NCBI GenBank assembly: GCA_965207455.1
Contig: CBDBMJ010000001.1
Coordinates: 1,376,001-1,440,000 of the forward strand
Length of the DNA: 64,000 nt
Reading direction: 5' to 3'
Source of the DNA: Bdellovibrionota bacterium
GTDB lineage: Bacteria > Bdellovibrionota > UBA1018 > CAIPTA01 > JAALKR01
Positions 1 through 10,531 of this stretch are shown one piece after another (position 1 is the stretch's first letter; each line of letters starts with the position of its first letter). A model generated the notes under the pieces. The model ran no database searches. It was not told the origin of the DNA and saw only the letters and a program-made list of their open reading frames with translations. A program made the position numbers and the translations under genes.

Positions 1-187
1 TTATTTTACAATGAAACGTGTGAGCACTGGTGAGTGCTGGATTTCGAGCGACATAAGTTGACTGGAAAAATCGGTTTAAGTTCTTTACCGCCTTTCTAAA
101 AATTATCTCGAATACTTAAATTTATTTCGTATTGCAAAAAAAAAATCTTTTTTTACTAAAGAAAGATTAGTATAAGGGTAATAGCTC

Positions 188-697
188 ATGGAAAATAATA
201 CCCACCATCCTGTTGCCATAGCCAATTACTTTATAAGACTCGGCAAAGATCAAAAAGGTCTTACTTTAATGCAATTGCTAAAACTATCTTATATTGCACA
301 TGGATTCAAGCTTGCTCTTTCGGGTAATGCCCTTTCGTTTGAGTTAGTCCAAGCTTGGAAATATGGTCCTGTGTTTCCTCATATATATAATAAGTTTAAG
401 TATAATGCTCCTGGGAAAATTAAGTCTCCTGGAACCTGTTTAAGTGAAGATAGAACTAGCCTTACCCCCATAAAGAGTAATTTTAGACCTGAAGAAATAC
501 GTATTATGGATGTAGTATATGATATTTATGGCAGTCTTGAGGGCTGGCGCCTATCCACTCTAACACACCAAGAAGGAACTCCATGGCATGAAATATGGAA
601 CGACCAAGGAAAACTTTTTCATGGAGTTACTATCCCTAATAAGATGATTAAAAATTATTTCAAAACTGAAATACTGCATGAATACATCCCAAAATGA
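188..697 (+). CDS. Panacea (DUF4065/SocA-like) antitoxin-domain protein
   Basis: Motifs IANYFI, LTLMQLLKLSYIAHG, QAWKYGPV and LSTLTHQEGTPW are typical of DUF4065/Panacea. Confidence 0.85.
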   Translation: MENNTHHPVAIANYFIRLGKDQKGLTLMQLLKLSYIAHGFKLALSGNALSFELVQAWKYGPVFPHIYNKFKYNAPGKIKSPGTCLSEDRTSLTPIKSNFRPEEIRIMDVVYDIYGSLEGWRLSTLTHQEGTPWHEIWNDQGKLFHGVTIPNKMIKNYFKTEILHEYIPK

Positions 698-1107
698 CCG
701 GTGACCTCCTAAAAGCTCTTATAAATTCTTTAGAGAAAATAGAGGCAAATAAGCCAAAAATCCAAAAAAAAACCTCAAAAAATACCTATGATGGAAATGA
801 AAAAGAAAACGAAGAGGATATTGAACAGGATCAAAAACATCATCGTAAAGCAGAAGAACTTGAGAATGTTGCTAAATCGGAAAAAATTGAAGATTCAAAA
901 GCAGCTAGAAAACAAAGAGCAACGTATGCACTCTTCACAACCATATTTATGTGCATATATATAAGCATTGTGCTCGTAATGTTAGTTTATATTGGTTTAG
1001 AGATAATGACTTTGCCAGCCATACCTTTAGCAGCACTTATTTCTACAATACCTGCATCCATGGCTTTACTTGCTTGGGTTTTAAAGGGTTTATTTTCATC
1101 AAAATAA
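694..1107 (+). CDS. Two-TM membrane protein, candidate toxin partner of the Panacea gene
   Basis: ATGA overlap with the upstream gene; charged N-terminal half, then two hydrophobic helices. Confidence 0.6.
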   Translation: MTGDLLKALINSLEKIEANKPKIQKKTSKNTYDGNEKENEEDIEQDQKHHRKAEELENVAKSEKIEDSKAARKQRATYALFTTIFMCIYISIVLVMLVYIGLEIMTLPAIPLAALISTIPASMALLAWVLKGLFSSK

Positions 1108-1212
1108 AAACTCTCCAGAATCATTAACGGAAAAAGGTAAGAATTTTTCGTGTATTTCAACCTCTACAAAAATTCCTTTGTCTTTTCAATGCTCCACAGT
1201 AGAATATAAGGA

Positions 1213-1452
1213 ATGGAGGTTGGTATGGAGTTTGACGGTTTTAAGAGTGTAGTGGAAATGCTAAGTTGTGCAGATGAAGATCTCAGGAAAAAAATTCTCA
1301 AAGGCATTGAGGATAAAGATCCAGAGCTTGCCATCCGTATTACACAGGAGCTTACCGTTCGTGGTGAAAAAGCTGATGTCTTGATTCTAAAGGATCAAAA
1401 TAAAGCTCAGCAATCTCAGAATATTCGTAATTATTCAAAGAACAAAGTATAG
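1213..1452 (+). CDS. Small helical protein resembling part of FliG-C-like proteins
   Basis: VEMLSCADEDLRKKILKGIEDKDPELAIRI resembles FliG helices; GGAGG precedes a second ATG at ~1225. Confidence 0.45.
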   Translation: MEVGMEFDGFKSVVEMLSCADEDLRKKILKGIEDKDPELAIRITQELTVRGEKADVLILKDQNKAQQSQNIRNYSKNKV

Positions 1453-1462
1453 TTCTTTGAAA

Positions 1463-2158
1463 TCAAAATTTGAAATGAAAAAAAGCTGGAGCATTTCTGG
1501 TTTTCTTAAAGTAATAGCAGTATTGGAAGGCTTCTGTTGCTTGCTCTTTATCAACATTGGTCATTTCTACCAGAAAATACGCATCGTAGGGTTTATAATT
1601 CTTCGATCCTAGTGTTACTGATCCCTTTCTCACTTTAATTTTATTGGGAGAAAAGTACATCGCAAGGCTAGCATCTTCTTGCACCAATGGAGGTCCATTC
1701 ATGTAATTATTGTATATAAGAAATTCTATCTGCCATCGTATTGGTCCGCTATCAAAGTAGTCTGGATCTACATCGGAATACCAGATGAAAGCAGCTCTAT
1801 AGCTAACAGGGGTAGTGAATCCAGGACCATAATCGACTTTAATTCCAGAAACGAATGTACTTATGGGAGTGTTTGGTTGATCTTTCGTATAACATCGCCC
1901 ACTTCTCCTACCGACAATACTTTCATGCTCTAGTACCTGTGCTTCACTGAAAGCCTTTTTCATTACATTGTAGTAAGTGGTATCATTTAGTTTAATGCCA
2001 GCTAGTGGATTGTTATTCTGTGCATTGGCAGAAAATGTATATAAAAAAATCAGTATGCTTAGTTTAATGCTTTTCATTTTTTCTACTCCAACACCAGTCC
2101 ATAGCGCAATCCACGGGTGGAAACCTCTATGGATGTTTGTTTGCCTGCTTCTAGGCAA
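1463..2158 (-). CDS. Hypothetical secreted protein (probable start at MKSIKLS)
   Basis: Signal peptide MKSIKLSILIFLYTFSANA after an internal Met; the annotated 5' part overlaps ppx. Confidence 0.6.
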   Translation of the reverse strand: MPRSRQTNIHRGFHPWIALWTGVGVEKMKSIKLSILIFLYTFSANAQNNNPLAGIKLNDTTYYNVMKKAFSEAQVLEHESIVGRRSGRCYTKDQPNTPISTFVSGIKVDYGPGFTTPVSYRAAFIWYSDVDPDYFDSGPIRWQIEFLIYNNYMNGPPLVQEDASLAMYFSPNKIKVRKGSVTLGSKNYKPYDAYFLVEMTNVDKEQATEAFQYCYYFKKTRNAPAFFHFKF

Positions 2159-2985
2159 AGTTGTAGGATAATAGCACCGGCAAGGATTACATCGGCGCGT
2201 CCTTTGTCCATTCCTCCTACGCCTAGTCGACTATTGGTGGACATGGAGGAAAAGCGACGAATGAGTTTGTGGAGTTGGACAAGGTCGAAGCTAGTTCCCT
2301 GCACCTTAGCAGGTTCAAAGGTGGAGAGTTCCAGAATACTAGATGCCACATATGTTGCCGTTCCAGCTACTCCTAGCCAGCGTTTATTATGAAATTTTTC
2401 AAAAAAATCTTTTTCCCCATAAAATAACTCTTGCACGTAATTATAAAGTTCTTCCTGTTCTTTTCCTGTGGGTGGGTCGTTGGAAAAAAATCTTTCTGTT
2501 AATCGCACGCAACCCACATCAAAACTTTTTCGTAGTAATTTTTGTTGTGAATCTAAGGTGATGATTTCTGTGGAGCCACCACCTATATCCACAACGGCAT
2601 AATTCTCTTGAGCTTCTGGAACGATCAAAGCTCCATAAAAACTATATTGGGCTTCCTCTTCTCCTGTAATAATCCGAATGGGCGCTCCTAACAATTTCTC
2701 TATTTTTTGAAAAAAAACAGGTGCATTGGAGGCTTGTCGGGAACCAGCGGTGGCCACTGCACGAATTTCCGGGTTTTCGTATTGGGAAAGAATGGTTTTA
2801 TAATTTTCAAAGCAAGCTATGGCACGATCCAGGGCTTGAGGCTGAAAGGTGTGATGTTCGTCCACTCCCTCCCCTAGGCGCACAACTGTAACTCTGTCTT
2901 CGAGAACTTGAAGGTTTTTTTCCTCCACTTTTGCAATTAATAAAAGAATGGTATTGGTACCAATATCGATTCCAGCTCTTAACAT
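2083..2985 (-). CDS. ppx: Ppx/GppA family exopolyphosphatase
   Basis: IDIGTNT, VATAGSR, ITGEEEA, VDIGGGSTE and GLRYG motifs. Confidence 0.93.
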   Translation of the reverse strand: MLRAGIDIGTNTILLLIAKVEEKNLQVLEDRVTVVRLGEGVDEHHTFQPQALDRAIACFENYKTILSQYENPEIRAVATAGSRQASNAPVFFQKIEKLLGAPIRIITGEEEAQYSFYGALIVPEAQENYAVVDIGGGSTEIITLDSQQKLLRKSFDVGCVRLTERFFSNDPPTGKEQEELYNYVQELFYGEKDFFEKFHNKRWLGVAGTATYVASSILELSTFEPAKVQGTSFDLVQLHKLIRRFSSMSTNSRLGVGGMDKGRADVILAGAIILQLCLEAGKQTSIEVSTRGLRYGLVLE

Positions 2986-3005
2986 TCTTTTTGAATCTCC
3001 ATTAC

Positions 3006-4904
3006 TTAGAATAATTTCTTAAGCTTTTTTTTCAGATCTTTTTTACTCGTTTGCTTCAATAATTTCTTCAATTTTTTAGACTTTAAAAGACGGCTTGCTT
3101 GTCTTTCTAAAATATTTTTTTGCAGCTGAGCTATGGTGTACTCATAGTCTACTTTTGGTGCTGTTAAGGGGCCTGTGGTATGGAACGCTAGCACAGGTTT
3201 CTTGCCTCCTATAGATATCCATTTGGGTAAGCGCCTGTTGGGATCATGAAGAGTAAAATAAGAATCCTGCTCCATCCCTGTAATTTTAGAGGCACCAAGA
3301 ATATCTACTCCTCCCTTGCCTCCTGACATTTTTATGGGGTTTACAGCAATTACACCTTCTTCAAACTTTAATTGCATAGTAATGGAATCAAAGCCGGGTT
3401 TAATGCTTTTCAATTTAAGTTTTTTCTTTAGTTTTGCTTTCGCAAAGATGGTGGAAAAAAATTCAGCAACGTTTACACCCGTCAAATGAAAATCTTTTAT
3501 AGAAGTAGTGGCTGTACCAGTGATAGACTTTTGGATATCAGGAAGCATTTTTCCATTCAACTTCCATTCCATAAGGGCTGTTCCCTTGACCTCCCCATGA
3601 AAAAATTCAGGAAAATGCTTTTTCTGAACATTATTTATGAGAATATTTTTCACTGAACCTAAAAAAGAAAATCTCCTCGATGACGTGCTGTGATCCAAAA
3701 TAACCTTAGACACTATATTCATCCCTAAAAGGGTGCCGCCAGCATCAAGATCGAGGTTTTTATTAAACCAGCCAACATTCAAGTTAAGATTCCCATCCAC
3801 ACCCTTAAACTCCAATTTACTTTTTATTTTTAATTGGGAAGGCGGTCCCTCCACATTCATTGCCATAGCAATTGTTCCGTCATAAGGATTGAGTTTTAAG
3901 GCTGGTATTAGGTTAACAAGATTTTTCAACGGAATGGGCGCTAAAGAAGCCAAGCTTGCTCTCAAATACTTACCCACCATAAAATCTCCGCTCCCTTCGA
4001 GAGTTATTGTATGAAAAGTAACTTTCAAGTCGCTTAGTTTTATATTTTCTTTCGTTCCCTTTACTCTTGCTCCAAGTTTCATGGGCATACTTTTCGTTTT
4101 GTTTATTTGCTTGCCAATTAATTCCACAGCCGTGGCATCCACATTTATAACACCATAGGCACCCGTGATACTGTTTCCCAGCACTGTTGGTGTGAATTCA
4201 AAATTTACCTTTAATTTGCCCATGGCTAAAACACCCGCCATGGTTCCATTCACATACAAATCAAGATGGGCATCCATTTTTTTCTGAAAGCCTAAATTAT
4301 TTACCTGAAAGCGTACGTTTTCCAAAAGAAATTCTTTCTTAGCGGAATCGTCCTTAATGCTTATTTTGCTATTTTCTATACGCACATTAATGACTGCATT
4401 TTTTAAAAAGGCTGGCACCTCCATTTTTTTCCCTGAATCTCCAGCCATTGCTGTTGGTATGAACCAAGAACTCTGAACAACGGGCAAAGGTTCCACTTTT
4501 ATCATCGATGATTTTTTATTTCTTTTCTTTATTGCTTCTAGAAGATTAATCGTTCCATCTTTTCTTTTAATAATCTTCACCTTAGCGTCTTGCAAAACTA
4601 CGGTGAAAACAGGCTCACTCTTCAATAAAGAAAGTAAGGGTATATTCATATACGCCGATCGGGCTTCGATAATGGAGCTGCCATTCTTGGGGTCTTTCAA
4701 GGAAATAGATTTTGTTTTAACTCTAATTCCCTCTAGTATGGAAAGATCCAGCTCTCCTATCTCTATTTTTCCCATTATTTTTTCATTAACTGCTGCTGTG
4801 ATTCTCGAACTAAAGAATTCAAGGTCCATGGTAAATAGTAATACAAGAACACCCAACATTAATGCTGCGCATACCGACACTATAAATTTAATCAAGCCAA
4901 ACAT
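3006..4904 (-). CDS. AsmA-family protein
   Basis: N-terminal TM anchor, beta-rich body, AsmA-like C-terminus (TGPLTAPKV). Confidence 0.7.
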   Translation of the reverse strand: MFGLIKFIVSVCAALMLGVLVLLFTMDLEFFSSRITAAVNEKIMGKIEIGELDLSILEGIRVKTKSISLKDPKNGSSIIEARSAYMNIPLLSLLKSEPVFTVVLQDAKVKIIKRKDGTINLLEAIKKRNKKSSMIKVEPLPVVQSSWFIPTAMAGDSGKKMEVPAFLKNAVINVRIENSKISIKDDSAKKEFLLENVRFQVNNLGFQKKMDAHLDLYVNGTMAGVLAMGKLKVNFEFTPTVLGNSITGAYGVINVDATAVELIGKQINKTKSMPMKLGARVKGTKENIKLSDLKVTFHTITLEGSGDFMVGKYLRASLASLAPIPLKNLVNLIPALKLNPYDGTIAMAMNVEGPPSQLKIKSKLEFKGVDGNLNLNVGWFNKNLDLDAGGTLLGMNIVSKVILDHSTSSRRFSFLGSVKNILINNVQKKHFPEFFHGEVKGTALMEWKLNGKMLPDIQKSITGTATTSIKDFHLTGVNVAEFFSTIFAKAKLKKKLKLKSIKPGFDSITMQLKFEEGVIAVNPIKMSGGKGGVDILGASKITGMEQDSYFTLHDPNRRLPKWISIGGKKPVLAFHTTGPLTAPKVDYEYTIAQLQKNILERQASRLLKSKKLKKLLKQTSKKDLKKKLKKLF

Positions 4905-4907
4905 CGC

Positions 4908-6365
4908 CTATCTCCCTTCCAAACATTTTTTCACTAAATCATTAACCATTTTAGGGTTCGCTTGTCCCTTTGTTGCTTTCATCACTTGCCCCACAAAAAA
5001 TCCAAATAACTTCTCTTTTCCATCCTTATATTGTGCCACCTGATTGGGGTTTTTCTCAATCACTTCCTGAATTACTTTTTCAATGGCAGCAGGGTCTGAA
5101 ATCTGAACCAACCCCTTTTCTTCCACAATTTTCTCCGGTTCTTTTCCCTCTGCCCACATCGCCTCAAAAACAACCTTAGCAATTTTCGAACTAATGGCTC
5201 CCTTTTTAATCATTTGCACTAGGCGCCCCAAATAGCTGGGTGGAAAGGGACAATCCTTGATCTCCTTCTCGGACTCTTTCAAAAGACGCAACACCTCACC
5301 CATTACCCAATTGGAAACTAGTTTTGGTTCGTTGTCCGAGTGGCGTACTGCCTCTTCATAAAAAGTGGAAAGGGCCTTTGTGCTAGTAATTACCTGAGCA
5401 TCGTATTCTGGAATATGAAAGTCAGAAACAAAGCGAAGGGCTTTCTCTTCGGGCAGTTCAGGTAAATTATCCTGAATATCGTCCACCCATTTTTTTTCTA
5501 AACGCAGTGGAGGTAGGTCTGGCTCGGGAAAATAACGGTAATCATGGGCATCCTCCTTTGCTCGCATGGAAAGGGTGCAATCTTTTTCTGCGTCATACAG
5601 ACGAGTCTCTTGCACAACAGTACCACCACCCTTGAGCACTTTTACCTGTCGATGAATTTCATACTCTATGGCTTTCTCCACAAAACGAAAACTATTAATA
5701 TTTTTCAGTTCCGCACGGGTGCCAAATTCTTTTTGACCGATTGGTCGAACTGAAACATTGGCATCACAACGAAAGTTTCCTTCCTGAAGATTTCCATCAC
5801 ATACCTCAATATACTGTAAAATAGCATGGAGTTTTCTCAAATAAGCGCTGGCTTCCTTAGCACTACGGAAATCTGGCTCCGAGACAATCTCGATCAACGG
5901 CGTTCCTGCACGATTTAAATCCACAAGACTATAGCCAGCCATATGATTACTTTTTCCCGCATCCTCTTCCATATGAATTCGGGTAATACCAATAGACTTC
6001 GTTGCACTCTTAGCGTTCTCATCTTCAAATTGAATTTGCAAACGCCCTCGCAAAGCAATAGGCTTATCGAATTGGGAAATTTGATACCCTTTGGGTAAGT
6101 CAGGATAAAAATAATTTTTTCTAGAAAACACACTCTCCAACTGCACCTCACAGTGGGTGGCCAAAGCTGCACGAACTGCAAACTCCACTGCTTTTTTATT
6201 CAATACGGGAAGCGATCCCGGCTGTGCTGTACAAACATAATGTATATTTCCATTAGGCGCTTGCCCGAAGCTATTGGGCGCAGGAGAAAATAATTTAGAC
6301 TTAGTGGAAAGCTGGGCATGAACCTCCAGCCCAATCACTGGAGAGTAGCCATCATAATTTATCAT
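4908..6365 (-). CDS. gatB: Asp/Glu-tRNA amidotransferase subunit B
   Basis: IGLEVHAQL, YFYPDLPKGYQISQ and DYRYFPEPDLP motifs. Confidence 0.98.
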   Translation of the reverse strand: MINYDGYSPVIGLEVHAQLSTKSKLFSPAPNSFGQAPNGNIHYVCTAQPGSLPVLNKKAVEFAVRAALATHCEVQLESVFSRKNYFYPDLPKGYQISQFDKPIALRGRLQIQFEDENAKSATKSIGITRIHMEEDAGKSNHMAGYSLVDLNRAGTPLIEIVSEPDFRSAKEASAYLRKLHAILQYIEVCDGNLQEGNFRCDANVSVRPIGQKEFGTRAELKNINSFRFVEKAIEYEIHRQVKVLKGGGTVVQETRLYDAEKDCTLSMRAKEDAHDYRYFPEPDLPPLRLEKKWVDDIQDNLPELPEEKALRFVSDFHIPEYDAQVITSTKALSTFYEEAVRHSDNEPKLVSNWVMGEVLRLLKESEKEIKDCPFPPSYLGRLVQMIKKGAISSKIAKVVFEAMWAEGKEPEKIVEEKGLVQISDPAAIEKVIQEVIEKNPNQVAQYKDGKEKLFGFFVGQVMKATKGQANPKMVNDLVKKCLEGR

Positions 6366-7839
6366 ACAAACCCTCCAAGGCGGCGGTTAATAGGAGTAAT
6401 TTTTCTTCCTGAAAAGGCGCACCTATGAGTTGAACGCCCACGGGTAAATTATGTTCTCCTGTTCCCCAAGGGAAGGAAATAGCTGGCAGTCCTGCAAGGT
6501 TGATGGGAGCCGTATAAATATCGTTCAAGTACATTTGCAGGGGGTCACTTGTCTCTCCTCGAAGAAAGGACACAGTGGGCGTTGTGGGACTAATAATAGC
6601 GTGGCACTGAGAAAAAGCTTTTGCAAAATCTTGGGTAATTAATTCCTGAACACTGCAAGCCTTCTTATAGTAAGCATCGTAGTAACCGGCAGAAAGCACA
6701 AAGGTGCCCAAAAGAATTCGACGTTTCACCTCGGTTCCAAAAAATTTTCCTCTGGTTTCCCCGTACAGTTCCTTCAGAGATTTATTTTTATTTTTTCCCT
6801 CCAAAGATACTCGGGAACCATAACGAATGCCATCGTAACGGGCTAAGTTGCTACTCGCCTCGCCCATGGCGATAATATAGTATACTGCCAAAGCTAGTCG
6901 GCTGTGGGGCAAATCGATGGGTACCATCCTGGCACCCGCTTTTTTAAATTCCTCTATCACCTGCTCCACTTTTTTCTGCACACCACTGTCTAGTCCTGAA
7001 GTGAAGTATCCGGGGTAATACCCTATTCGTGTATTTCTTAATAACGTAGCTGCCTCTTGAGCAGAAGTGCGAATCCTATGTACTGATTTTCCCGTAGAAG
7101 GTGGATTACCGGAGATACTCGTACTGTCCAACGGATCCCCACCCGCAATACTATCAAACAAATCTGCACAATCTTGGCTGTCCAAAGCAAGAGGACCCAC
7201 CTGATCTAAGCTGGAAGCAAAGGCAATCACACCGTAACGACTAACACGACCATATGTGGGCTTTAATCCAACCACACCACAAAAACTCGCAGGCTGACGA
7301 ACACTCCCACCCGTATCCGTACCCAAGGTGATGGGTACTAAATCACCTGCAATCGCCGCTGCAGAACCGGAAGAGCTTCCCCCAGGAATTCGTGCTAAAT
7401 CCTGAGGCAACATTGTGGCACCAAAGGCAGAGTTCTCTCCACTGGAACCCATGGCAAATTCGTCCATATTGAGCTTTCCCACACTAATGGCTCCCAAAGA
7501 TTCTAGGCGATCCACCACCGTGGCACTGTAGGGAGGAATATAATCCTCCAACATTTTTGATCCGCAAGTGGTGCGGACTCCCTTGGTCAATAGTATATCT
7601 TTTAAACCCACAGGAATTCCCGACAGTGGGCTTCCCTTGAACCCCTTCCCCTTATCGTAGTCCCTTGCCTTGCTCAATGCCTCGTCCGCACATACAGTGA
7701 TAAAGGAATTTGTCTTGTCTGCTGCGATTTTCTCTAAATAAGTTTGGGTGATGGACTCACAGGAGATGGAACCAGCGTCCAGTTCCTGCCTCCACTCCCA
7801 TGCTTTTTTATATTTATGACGGGGAAGAGAATAGGTCAT
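6352..7839 (-). CDS. gatA: Asp/Glu-tRNA amidotransferase subunit A
   Basis: Amidase signature GGSSSGSAAA, GTDTGGSVRQPAS, SSNLARYDG; lies between gatC and gatB. Confidence 0.98.
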   Translation of the reverse strand: MTYSLPRHKYKKAWEWRQELDAGSISCESITQTYLEKIAADKTNSFITVCADEALSKARDYDKGKGFKGSPLSGIPVGLKDILLTKGVRTTCGSKMLEDYIPPYSATVVDRLESLGAISVGKLNMDEFAMGSSGENSAFGATMLPQDLARIPGGSSSGSAAAIAGDLVPITLGTDTGGSVRQPASFCGVVGLKPTYGRVSRYGVIAFASSLDQVGPLALDSQDCADLFDSIAGGDPLDSTSISGNPPSTGKSVHRIRTSAQEAATLLRNTRIGYYPGYFTSGLDSGVQKKVEQVIEEFKKAGARMVPIDLPHSRLALAVYYIIAMGEASSNLARYDGIRYGSRVSLEGKNKNKSLKELYGETRGKFFGTEVKRRILLGTFVLSAGYYDAYYKKACSVQELITQDFAKAFSQCHAIISPTTPTVSFLRGETSDPLQMYLNDIYTAPINLAGLPAISFPWGTGEHNLPVGVQLIGAPFQEEKLLLLTAALEGLYDKL

Positions 7840-8135
7840 TGCTCACCGTCCAGTATGGGAGGAACATGGAATTGATTGTGCAAAGTTTGCTTAGAACAGG
7901 AAACAATTGCTTGGGTTTCTTCTTGGGAAAGGGCCACGGGTTCGTCCTCTCGCAAAGAACAAACATCCATAAAAATAGTTGGGGCTTGGCTTGCTCCCGT
8001 ATCCACTGTATTTAATTGATCCACATAATTGAGGATTTTCTCCAAATCATTTGCATACAGCTTTTCCTCCTCCGCACTAAGAGATAGGGCAGCCAATTTG
8101 GCGATTTTATGAATGGAGGCTGAATCAATACTCAT
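7836..8135 (-). CDS. gatC: Amidotransferase subunit C
   Basis: IAKLAAL..ILNYVDQLNTVDT..LRED..FHVP; operon position. Confidence 0.93.
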   Translation of the reverse strand: MSIDSASIHKIAKLAALSLSAEEEKLYANDLEKILNYVDQLNTVDTGASQAPTIFMDVCSLREDEPVALSQEETQAIVSCSKQTLHNQFHVPPILDGEQ

Positions 8136-10396
8136 ATAAACTCTAACTCTACATGTTTGACTAAAAATTTCTTTTTCTGTCGACCCTTAAACGTAATCGT
8201 TACCTTACGATCCTGAGCACTGCCCTCTAATTTTGCAATAGTTCCCATGCCAAAGATCCTATGTTGGACGGCACAGCCCACATATAAAGAGGAAGAACCA
8301 TAGTCTGCCTGTATGTCCACCTGAGAATCTCCATCGTCATAAGAATTATTTTTCTTTCCTCGAAAGGTTCCTCTCCTTTGGGCATACCTTGCCGAGCCGT
8401 CATGACGGGATCGATCCACAACTATAGTGAGTTCAGTGGGAATTTCCCGCAAAAATCGACTAGGAACAGAAACCTGGACCTGTCCATAAATTCTCCGCAA
8501 AGAAACATGGGTAAGGGTTAAGTATTTTTTTGCACGGGTCATACCCACATAGCAAAGTCTACGCTCCTCTTCTATCATTTTAGGATCAGGATCCTCCATA
8601 GCCCTACGAGTGGGAAATATTCCTTCCTCACAACCCACTAAAAAAACAACGGGAAACTCCAAACCCTTGGACGAATGGAGAGTCATCAAAGAAACACAAC
8701 CGCCTGTTTCTTCTTTTTCCAATACTGCGCTTTCCAGAGAAATCTGATTGAGAAAATTTAATAATAAACCTCCACCCTCATTGGCTTCGGGATTGTATTC
8801 CTCTTCAAAATTTTGAATTACTGTAGACAGTTCCTTTAAGTTTTCTATACGACTTAGGGACTCCTCGGTGTTCTGCACCTGCAGGCTTTCTAGGTAACCT
8901 GTCTCCTCTAAAATACTTTTATAGATGTCGCTCAAAGAACCCTTTTGAGCCATGACTTGCAAAGAGGTGATGAGTGTGTGAAAGACCTTTAATTTTTTCA
9001 CAACTCCAGCGGATAAAAAATCCACAGTACCGCCAACAATCTTTTCTATGGTTTGAAAAAGAGAGCGGTTGTTTTTTCTAGCATGGCTTTCTAATTTTTG
9101 GAGTGTGAGATTTCCAATACCACGAGTGGGCACATTGATTATCCTTGAAAGACTCAACGAGTCCTCAGAATTAGAAAGCAGGCGAAGGTAGGCAATTAAA
9201 TCTTTAATCTCCTTACGATCATAGAAAGCAATACCTCCAACAATTCGGTAAGGAATGGACTCCCTTCGAAATATCTCCTCTATTACTCGAGACTGAGCAT
9301 GGCTTCGATAAAAAATACTCACATCTTCATAGTTCAATCCGCTGTTATCCACCCTTTCACGAATCTCACCAGCAATATATTCCGCTTCTTCACGCTCGTC
9401 GGATAGAGTGGCTAGGCAAATCGGATCCCCATCCTCGTTGTTGGTGAAAAGAGTTTTGTCGTAACGATCCTTATTGTTGGAAATTAACTTAGAGGCAGCA
9501 GAAATAATCGTTTTCGTGGAACGGTAATTCTCCTCTAAACGAATTAACTGTGCATTAGGGTAGTCTCTTTGAAACTCCAAAATATTACGAATGTCCGCTC
9601 CTCGCCAACCATAAATACTTTGATCCTCGTCTCCAACCACACATAGATTTTTATATTTTTGAGCCATCAGAGAAACCAATAAATATTGAGCCCGGTTGGT
9701 ATCCTGGTACTCGTCCACCATCAAGTAGCGAAATTTATCCTGGTAGCGCTCTAGGACCTCAGAGTTAGCCTTTAACAGAAAATATGTTCGTAAAATAATA
9801 TCCCCAAAATCCAATGCCTGGTTGGCTTGCACCGTGGACTGATAAAGACGATAGACTTGGATAAATTTTTCCTGAAAAGCGCTCCACTTATAATTAGCCT
9901 CTACATCCTCTGGTCCCCAGGCTTGAGTCTTGGCATAGTTAATCGCACTTTGATAGGCCTTTGGATCTCCCAAGCGTCCCGTTAAGTTCAATTCTTTGAC
10001 GATCTTCTTCAATAAAGAAAGCTGATCCGCACTGTCATACACCACTGGCGGTTTAGTAAACCCCATGGCCTCACTCTCCGTACGCAACAGCTTGAGACAA
10101 AAAGAATGGAAGGTGGACACCTCTGGAGATACGGATGAGAAGCCCATCCAGGGCTGGCCCCACTCCCCTGAGAAATCATGGGAAACCAAGGCCGTCACCC
10201 GATTCTTCATCTCCTTGGCCGCTTTATTTGTAAATGTCATGGCAAGAATGGAGGCAGGAGAAACCCCGTTTTCAATTAAATACACAATTCGAGACACCAG
10301 TGTACGGGTCTTGCCAGAGCCTGCGCCTGCCAGAAGAATTAAAGGCCCATCTATAACCTCCACAGCCTTTTTTTGTTGAAAATTGAGTATACCCAT
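8132..10396 (-). CDS. pcrA: UvrD/PcrA superfamily I DNA helicase
   Basis: AGAGSGKT, VDEYQDTN, QSIYGWRGA, EERRLCYVGMTRA and a C-terminal Tudor-like domain. Confidence 0.96.
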   Translation of the reverse strand: MGILNFQQKKAVEVIDGPLILLAGAGSGKTRTLVSRIVYLIENGVSPASILAMTFTNKAAKEMKNRVTALVSHDFSGEWGQPWMGFSSVSPEVSTFHSFCLKLLRTESEAMGFTKPPVVYDSADQLSLLKKIVKELNLTGRLGDPKAYQSAINYAKTQAWGPEDVEANYKWSAFQEKFIQVYRLYQSTVQANQALDFGDIILRTYFLLKANSEVLERYQDKFRYLMVDEYQDTNRAQYLLVSLMAQKYKNLCVVGDEDQSIYGWRGADIRNILEFQRDYPNAQLIRLEENYRSTKTIISAASKLISNNKDRYDKTLFTNNEDGDPICLATLSDEREEAEYIAGEIRERVDNSGLNYEDVSIFYRSHAQSRVIEEIFRRESIPYRIVGGIAFYDRKEIKDLIAYLRLLSNSEDSLSLSRIINVPTRGIGNLTLQKLESHARKNNRSLFQTIEKIVGGTVDFLSAGVVKKLKVFHTLITSLQVMAQKGSLSDIYKSILEETGYLESLQVQNTEESLSRIENLKELSTVIQNFEEEYNPEANEGGGLLLNFLNQISLESAVLEKEETGGCVSLMTLHSSKGLEFPVVFLVGCEEGIFPTRRAMEDPDPKMIEEERRLCYVGMTRAKKYLTLTHVSLRRIYGQVQVSVPSRFLREIPTELTIVVDRSRHDGSARYAQRRGTFRGKKNNSYDDGDSQVDIQADYGSSSLYVGCAVQHRIFGMGTIAKLEGSAQDRKVTITFKGRQKKKFLVKHVELEFI

Positions 10397-10531
10397 AACC
10401 TTACCTTTACGATAAGCAGGGAATATTCTCCAACTGTTTTGCTATTTATTTATCTGACATTTCCTGACAGTGGCAACAGAACCCGAGGAAATAAGTCCGA
10501 CTTTTCTAGACAGTCGGCCAGGCAATAGGAT

